This document shows, piece by piece, positions 59,158 to 64,000 of a stretch of 64,000 bases of DNA. Every line of letters begins with the position of its first letter. Position 1 is the stretch's first letter. Made by a program: the position numbers and the translations under genes. The notes beneath the pieces were generated by a model. It ran no database searches and had not been told where the DNA came from. It saw only the letters and a program-made list of their open reading frames with translations. The stretch comes from an uncultured Thermoleophilia bacterium (GTDB taxonomy: Bacteria > Actinomycetota > Thermoleophilia > UBA2241). The stretch covers positions 33,040 to 97,039 of the forward strand of contig CAVPRQ010000017.1 in the NCBI GenBank assembly GCA_963707855.1, read 5' to 3'.

Positions 59158-60579
59158 CTACGCCGTGCCGGCGGCCAGTCGCCGGTGGGTGGCGATGACC
59201 TCGTCGATGTGGCGATCGACGTCGTCGGGCAGCGGCAGGACCTCGTGCGTGGCCAGCAGCTCGCGCGCCCGCTCGAGCGCGTCCTGGACCAGCGTGCGGC
59301 CGCAAGACGCCTCGAACGTGCCGCGGCGCAGGACGGTGGGCTCCCAGACGTCGCGTGCGTGCTCTCGCGTGCTGCGCCGCCCAAGGTAGTGACCGCCCGA
59401 ACCCACGGCGCGGATGTCGTCGACAAGACAGCTGGCGGCATCGAACGATGTCCGCCGCACTCGCTCCTTCACCAGGCCGGCGGCGTCATGGTGCAGGACG
59501 ATCGTCGCCAGGCTGGTGGTCTGGGCGCCGTCGATGCAGCCCAGTCCGACGAGTGAGTCGGCGCCCAGAAGCGCATCGAGGACGCCCTTCGCTTCGATGC
59601 CGTCCTGAAAGTCGGGCGCCTTGGCGTCGCTGCCGATGCCGCCGCCCTGGGTGGGCAGGCCGTAGTGGCGCTTGCTCATCTCGATGCAGGCCAGTGAGGT
59701 GGCTTCGCCCTCAGGCGTGGCGCCGAGGTAGCGCCCGCTGCGGAGGTCGGCGGAGGCCGGCTCCGGCGAAGCGATCAGGGGGCACCCGGGCGCCGCCAGC
59801 TGGAGGAGCACCACCGCCGAGAGCAGCTCGGCCAGCGTGATGACGGTGACCCCGGCCACAGTCATCGGCGCCGTCGTGCCCATCAGCGGCATCGGCATGA
59901 TGGCGATCGGTACGCCGGCGCGGGCAAGGGCGATGCTCGCTTCCGTCATCGGGCCGTCGTGGGCGAGCGGCGCGACGGTGCAGTTGATCGTCGAGAAGAC
60001 CGGCCGCTCGGCGACCGGCGCGCCGGCCACCGCAGCGAACATCTCGAGCAGCGGCGCCACGTACTCGGGCCCGCGCACCTCGTCCTGCACATGCTTGGCG
60101 GACGAGCGGAACGCGATCGCTTCGATCTCCAGGTTGGCCGTCAGCGGGTCAAGGTCGCGGGCCGAGAGCGTGGGCCACACGTAGTCGGCGTCGGGCAGGG
60201 CGTCGAACAGGCGCATGATGGTGCGCAGGTCGTCGGCGCTGCCCTCGTGGCGCTCGCCGGTCTCATCGTCGAGGATGTACGTCGCCGTGCCGTCGGTCGT
60301 GACATTCAGGCTGCCGTCCCCCAGCCACACGTCGTGGGCGGGGTCGCGGGCGGCGAGCAGCACCTGGCTCGGCGTCGTCTCCAGGCAACGGCTGACCAGC
60401 TCCCGCGGCAGCCGCGCCGAGAGGCGCTCGCGGTCGAGCACGGCCCCCGTCCCCTCGAGCAGATCCATGGCCGCGGGCGTGTTGTAGGCGATGCCCACCT
60501 CCTCCAGCACGGTCAGCGTCTGCTCGTTGAGCGTCTCGCGCTCCGCCTCGTCGAGCAGTCTCGCCGTCAATCTCGCCAT
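59158..60579 (-). CDS. MttB-superfamily (trimethylamine methyltransferase-like, non-pyrrolysine) protein
   Basis: Uninterrupted 473-aa ORF. MARLTARLLDEAERETLNEQTLTVLEEVGIAYNTPAAMDLLEGTGAVLD..., GVPIAIMPMPLMGTTAPMTVAG, GSGGHYLGRRSTREHARDVWEP. No internal TAG. Confidence 0.85.
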   Translation of the reverse strand: MARLTARLLDEAERETLNEQTLTVLEEVGIAYNTPAAMDLLEGTGAVLDRERLSARLPRELVSRCLETTPSQVLLAARDPAHDVWLGDGSLNVTTDGTATYILDDETGERHEGSADDLRTIMRLFDALPDADYVWPTLSARDLDPLTANLEIEAIAFRSSAKHVQDEVRGPEYVAPLLEMFAAVAGAPVAERPVFSTINCTVAPLAHDGPMTEASIALARAGVPIAIMPMPLMGTTAPMTVAGVTVITLAELLSAVVLLQLAAPGCPLIASPEPASADLRSGRYLGATPEGEATSLACIEMSKRHYGLPTQGGGIGSDAKAPDFQDGIEAKGVLDALLGADSLVGLGCIDGAQTTSLATIVLHHDAAGLVKERVRRTSFDAASCLVDDIRAVGSGGHYLGRRSTREHARDVWEPTVLRRGTFEASCGRTLVQDALERARELLATHEVLPLPDDVDRHIDEVIATHRRLAAGTA

Positions 60580-60583
60580 GTGA

Positions 60584-61075
60584 TCAGCTCCCTGAGTCGG
60601 TCTCTTCCGCGCCCACCTTGGGCCGGCGCAGGCGCCGCAGGGCGGCGTGTGCGCTCCAGATGTCGCCTCGCTGCCGGTCGCGAGTGATCCTGCCCGCAGG
60701 CCCGCCGCCGGGCGTGCTTGCAGAGCTCGGTCCCGTCGGCCGTCCCGCCTGGCGAGACCGCTCGCCGAGGTCGATCTCCTCCTCGAGTCCGTCGTCGGCC
60801 GCCATGTCGAGGATGCCCCGGTCCGTCTCCTTCGTGGTCGCGAAGAACCCGCCGCTGTTGCTGTCGTGACTGGTGCGCGACAACACGGGGAACTGCGTGA
60901 GGACGTAGCCGACGTCGAACCGGTCCACCGGGCTCACCTCCAGGGCGGCGTCCTGCGCCTGCTGCCCAGAAGGCCGGCGATGCTCCCCGTGAGGGTCGAG
61001 CCCGTACGATCGCCGTCCGGGCGTCCGACGGACATGCGCGATCCTCGCCCCTGATCCGTGCATCCGCTCAGGCAT
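60584..61075 (-). CDS. Hypothetical protein tightly packed between the enolase-superfamily gene and MttB
   Basis: 163-aa ORF with G/C-rich third positions. It overlaps the upstream stop by 8 nt and ends 4 nt before the MttB ATG. Core ...ALEVSPVDRFDVGYVLTQFPVLSRTSHDSNSGGFFATTKETDRGILDMAADDGLEEEIDLG... No family recognised. The ends are Arg/Gly-rich and could reflect frame errors. Confidence 0.35.
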   Translation of the reverse strand: MPERMHGSGARIAHVRRTPGRRSYGLDPHGEHRRPSGQQAQDAALEVSPVDRFDVGYVLTQFPVLSRTSHDSNSGGFFATTKETDRGILDMAADDGLEEEIDLGERSRQAGRPTGPSSASTPGGGPAGRITRDRQRGDIWSAHAALRRLRRPKVGAEETDSGS

Positions 61076-62194
61076 GAACGGACTCGGGGCCGAGGCTGAT
61101 CTTGTAGCTGGTGATCGCCTCGATCGCGTCCCAGTCGATGACGACGCCGAGCCCGTCGCCGTCGGGCGCCCTCACCATCCCGTCCGCATCGGGCCGCACG
61201 GGGTTCACGGCGCCGTACTCCCACGGCTCGACCGGGTAGGCCAGCTCAAAGTAGCTGACGTTGGAGAAGGCCTGCGTCACGTGCAGGCCGGCCATGGCCA
61301 ACAGCGAGTGCCCGTAGGTGACCGGCTCGAGGTCCATGTCGAAGGCCTGCGCCAAGCCCATCATCTTGCACAGGGCGGTGATGCCGAGGGTCGAGATGAT
61401 CTCCGAGCGGCAGGCGTCCCACGGCGGGTCGCGCAGAGCGTCCGCGAGCTGACGCACATCCCACATGGCGTAGCCGGCCGGCAGCACGGGGACGTTCAGA
61501 CGCCGGCGCAGGTCGCGGTAGCCCTCGAGATCGAAGTCCGGCAGCGGAGCCTCGTACCAGCGGCAGCCCAGCTCGTCGAGCGCCGGCCCACCTTGAGCGC
61601 CTCGCGGTGGTCGTAGACGCTCTCGGCGTCGTGCATGAATGTCAGGTCGGGGTAGGTCTCCCGCAGGAGGGCGAACAGCGCGATGTCGCGGTCTGGTTCG
61701 CCGAAGGCGTGCAGCTTGACGGCCCGGATGCCGTCGGCCTGCGCCCTGCCGACCACGTCCACGTAGTCCGCCTCGGCCGGCATCGTCTCCAACGACGCGT
61801 AGGCGGGCAGCTGCTCCCGGGCTCCGCCGAGGAGCTTCCAGAGCGGGAGCCCGGCGTGCTTGGCGGCAAGATCCCACAGGGCGACGTCGACGAGCGCCAG
61901 CGGGGCCGTCGAAAACGGGAAGACGACGCCGACGCGCATGTCCTCCGCGAGCGCCTCGCGGCAGTCGATCGAGCGTCCCTCGAGCCAGGGCCACATCGAG
62001 CGAACGGCCTCGAGCGTGGAGCGGTCCGCACGCCCGAATGTGGAGCAGTCCGAGCCGGCGATGCCCTCCACGCCGTCGCTGTCGACCAGCCGCAGGATGG
62101 TGGTGCCGACGGCGCAGGATTCGGCGCGCTCTGTCCAACGCAAGGAGATCCCCGGATCTACGACGATGACGTCGGCTCGCCGAATGGTCGCCAT
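61068..62194 (-). CDS. Mandelate racemase/muconate lactonizing enzyme (enolase superfamily) protein; 1 frame break
   Basis: Join of 61496..62215 (from ATG 62194) with 61068..62138. First piece: MATIRRADVIVVDPGISL..., ALVDVALWDLAAKHAGLPLWKLLGG, AVKLHAFGEPDRDIAL. Second piece: ...LDELGCRWYEAPLPDFDLEGYRDLRRRLNVPVLPAG...DGLGVVIDWDAIE. Break near 61590. Confidence 0.78.
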
Positions 62195-62465
62195 CGCAAC
62201 CCCCTCCATCGCCACCTCACGACTGACCGCATGGCGCCGGCTCGGGACCCCTCAGCGACGACCCGCGTGAGCGATCCGCGTCGATGCACTGCGAATCCGC
62301 CCGCCATTCTACACGTGGGGTGGACGCAGTCGTGGACGCGTGGTGCCTCGCCGTGAGAGGGGCTCGGCGGTTCCTTCCCCGAAGCCGTTGATGGGACTAG
62401 GATGAAGGGCGGACCGATGAATCGGGTTTCGGGTCACTTGCGACACGCCGGAAAGGGGAGGGCAA

Positions 62466-64000
62466 GTGGAACGCAGTGAAGGTCGACGAGGTGTCGCGGT
62501 CAATGACGGCGTCTTCTGGCAGGGGGGTGATCCTCGGTGGGACGCAGTCCGCTCCATCACGCCCCTCACGCGGACCATCCGCGCGGACGTCTGCGTCGTA
62601 GGGGGTGGTTTCACGGGACTGTGGTCGGCTCTGTCGCTCAAGAAGCTGGCCAGCGAATTGGACGTCGTACTCCTCGAACAGACCTACTGCGGGCATGGGG
62701 CCTCGGGGAGAAACGGAGGCTGGCTCAACGCGTGGGACGACATTCTGCCGACGCTCATTGGATTGTACGGCCCCAGCGATGCCCTCGCCTTGCTCGACCT
62801 GTCGCATCGAAGTCTGAGCGACCTGACGCAGGTGGTCAGTGACGGGGCGATCGATTGTGACCTGGCGATGGGAGGAGGCTTGATCGTCGCGACGTCCGAG
62901 GCCCAACTCGGCGGTTTGCTGGAGACCGTGGCCGGCATGGAAGCGGCGGGGAGAGGGAGTCTGGTGAGGGTCCTCTCAGCCGAAGAGGCGAGGCAGATGT
63001 CGGGCATCTCCGAGGCCTCCGGCGGCTACCTCCTCGAGCACGCGGGCTCGGTCCAGCCGGCTCTCCTCGCTCAAGGCCTGAGACGCCTTGTGGAGGCCGC
63101 CGGAGTCCAGGTGTTCGAGGCGTCTCCCATGGTGAAGCTCCACCGCGAAGCACCCGCCGTGGTCGACACGCTCGCCGGCTCGGTCATCGCCGACCAGATC
63201 ATCCTCGCGTGCGGGTCGTGGCTTGCCCGCGTCTCCGAGCTGCGTCGCACCTTGTTCATCATCCCGACCCACGTCATCGCGACCGAGCCGCGCGAGGGCG
63301 ACCTCGATGCGCTCGGATGGACGCAAGGGCGCCCGTTCGCCGATGCACGGACGGCGGTCCACTACGGTCAGAGGACTGCCGATCACCGCATGGTCTTCGG
63401 CCGGGGGGGCGGGCGCCTCGGGTTTGCGGGGCACATCATCCCCGAGCACTTCCATGATCGTCGTGAGACACGGGAGATCGCGGCGGACATGCAGCGGATG
63501 ATGCCGACGATGAAGTCGGCTCGGATCGACTGGGCGTGGGGAGGGCCGATAGACCGGTCCCAGCACGGCATGCCGTGGGTCGGCGGCATCGGCCGGCACC
63601 GCAACATCCACTACGGCGTCGGCTATGCCGGCAACGGCGTCGTACCCTCACACGTGATCGGGCGCACCCTGGCTTCTGTGACGCTGGGCCTGGACGACGA
63701 CTACTCCCGATCTCCGCTTGTCTCCGACCCACCCTCGTATCTTCCGATCGAACCGATCAGATCCGCGGGTGCACGTCTCGTAAGGGGTGCCGTCATCAGG
63801 TGCGAGGAGCGAGAAGACGCCGGCCGCGCACCGGATCCAGCATCAAGGGTCCTGCGTCGAGCCCTCAGCCTTTCGATGCCCAAGGGGGTCCAGGTCGCTC
63901 CTTTGGCCGAACGCGTCACTCGCATGACCACCTTCGCTCGCCGGAGGGAAAGCGGAAGAGCCCAAGGAGCTGACGAACACGGACAGGCCTTCGACTCGAC
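62466..64000 (+). CDS. FAD-dependent oxidoreductase (DAO family), paralogue of 56287..57750; open at window end
   Basis: Not in the ORF track because there is no stop in the window. Manual translation from GTG 62466 (GGGGAGGG upstream): VERSEGRRGVAVNDGVFWQGGDPRWDAVRSITPLTRTIRADVCVVGGGFTGLWSALSLKKL...YCGHGASGRNGGWLNAWDD...NIHYGVGYAGNGVVPSHVIGRTLASVTLGLDDDYSRSPLV... It is uninterrupted for 511 codons to position 64000. Confidence 0.85.
   Translation, partial: MERSEGRRGVAVNDGVFWQGGDPRWDAVRSITPLTRTIRADVCVVGGGFTGLWSALSLKKLASELDVVLLEQTYCGHGASGRNGGWLNAWDDILPTLIGLYGPSDALALLDLSHRSLSDLTQVVSDGAIDCDLAMGGGLIVATSEAQLGGLLETVAGMEAAGRGSLVRVLSAEEARQMSGISEASGGYLLEHAGSVQPALLAQGLRRLVEAAGVQVFEASPMVKLHREAPAVVDTLAGSVIADQIILACGSWLARVSELRRTLFIIPTHVIATEPREGDLDALGWTQGRPFADARTAVHYGQRTADHRMVFGRGGGRLGFAGHIIPEHFHDRRETREIAADMQRMMPTMKSARIDWAWGGPIDRSQHGMPWVGGIGRHRNIHYGVGYAGNGVVPSHVIGRTLASVTLGLDDDYSRSPLVSDPPSYLPIEPIRSAGARLVRGAVIRCEEREDAGRAPDPASRVLRRALSLSMPKGVQVAPLAERVTRMTTFARRRESGRAQGADEHGQAFDS

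Overview
High-GC (about 70% by eye) bacterial chromosomal segment with actinobacterium-like gene content: Rex, UbiX/UbiA/UbiD-type late menaquinone genes, a DUF3618/holin-X pair, GNATs and MFS transporters. I can support about 60 features. I found no rRNA, intact tRNA, CRISPR, transposase or integrase. Left 16 kb, all minus strand: ubiX, then a seven-ORF multihaem cytochrome c plus cytochrome b block (59 CxxCH motifs), then ubiA, a small membrane protein, ubiD, a hypothetical, rex and hemL. After two plus-strand GNAT genes come an AhbD/NirJ-like radical SAM gene, a methyltransferase and hemB. Middle: a DUF4388 protein, two MFS transporters plus a duplicated 5' remnant, a liv-type ABC transporter with a phenylacetate-CoA ligase, GrpB, and two orphan C-terminally anchored family-5 solute-binding proteins. 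It also holds an alpha/beta hydrolase, an Lrp regulator, an M28 peptidase, a PrpD-family protein, a DppB-type permease remnant, and an OYE/TMADH-like flavoprotein read in frame into an MttB-family methyltransferase. Then come an MBOAT/DltD-like pair and a saccharopine-dehydrogenase-like gene. Right: a 707-aa Fic/nucleotidyltransferase fusion sitting where most of a holin-X paralogue used to be, and a surface protein of about 1120 aa with nine to ten near-identical 213-bp tandem repeats. A BNR beta-propeller protein and a catabolic cluster follow (ADH, MBL hydrolase, two FAD oxidoreductase paralogues, EamA, a second MttB, an enolase-superfamily enzyme). Many genes can only be read after 1-nt frame corrections, and the density of these breaks is very uneven. 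I cannot tell consensus errors from real pseudogenisation without reads. Coordinates of frame-broken genes are outer boundaries of the reconstructed gene.
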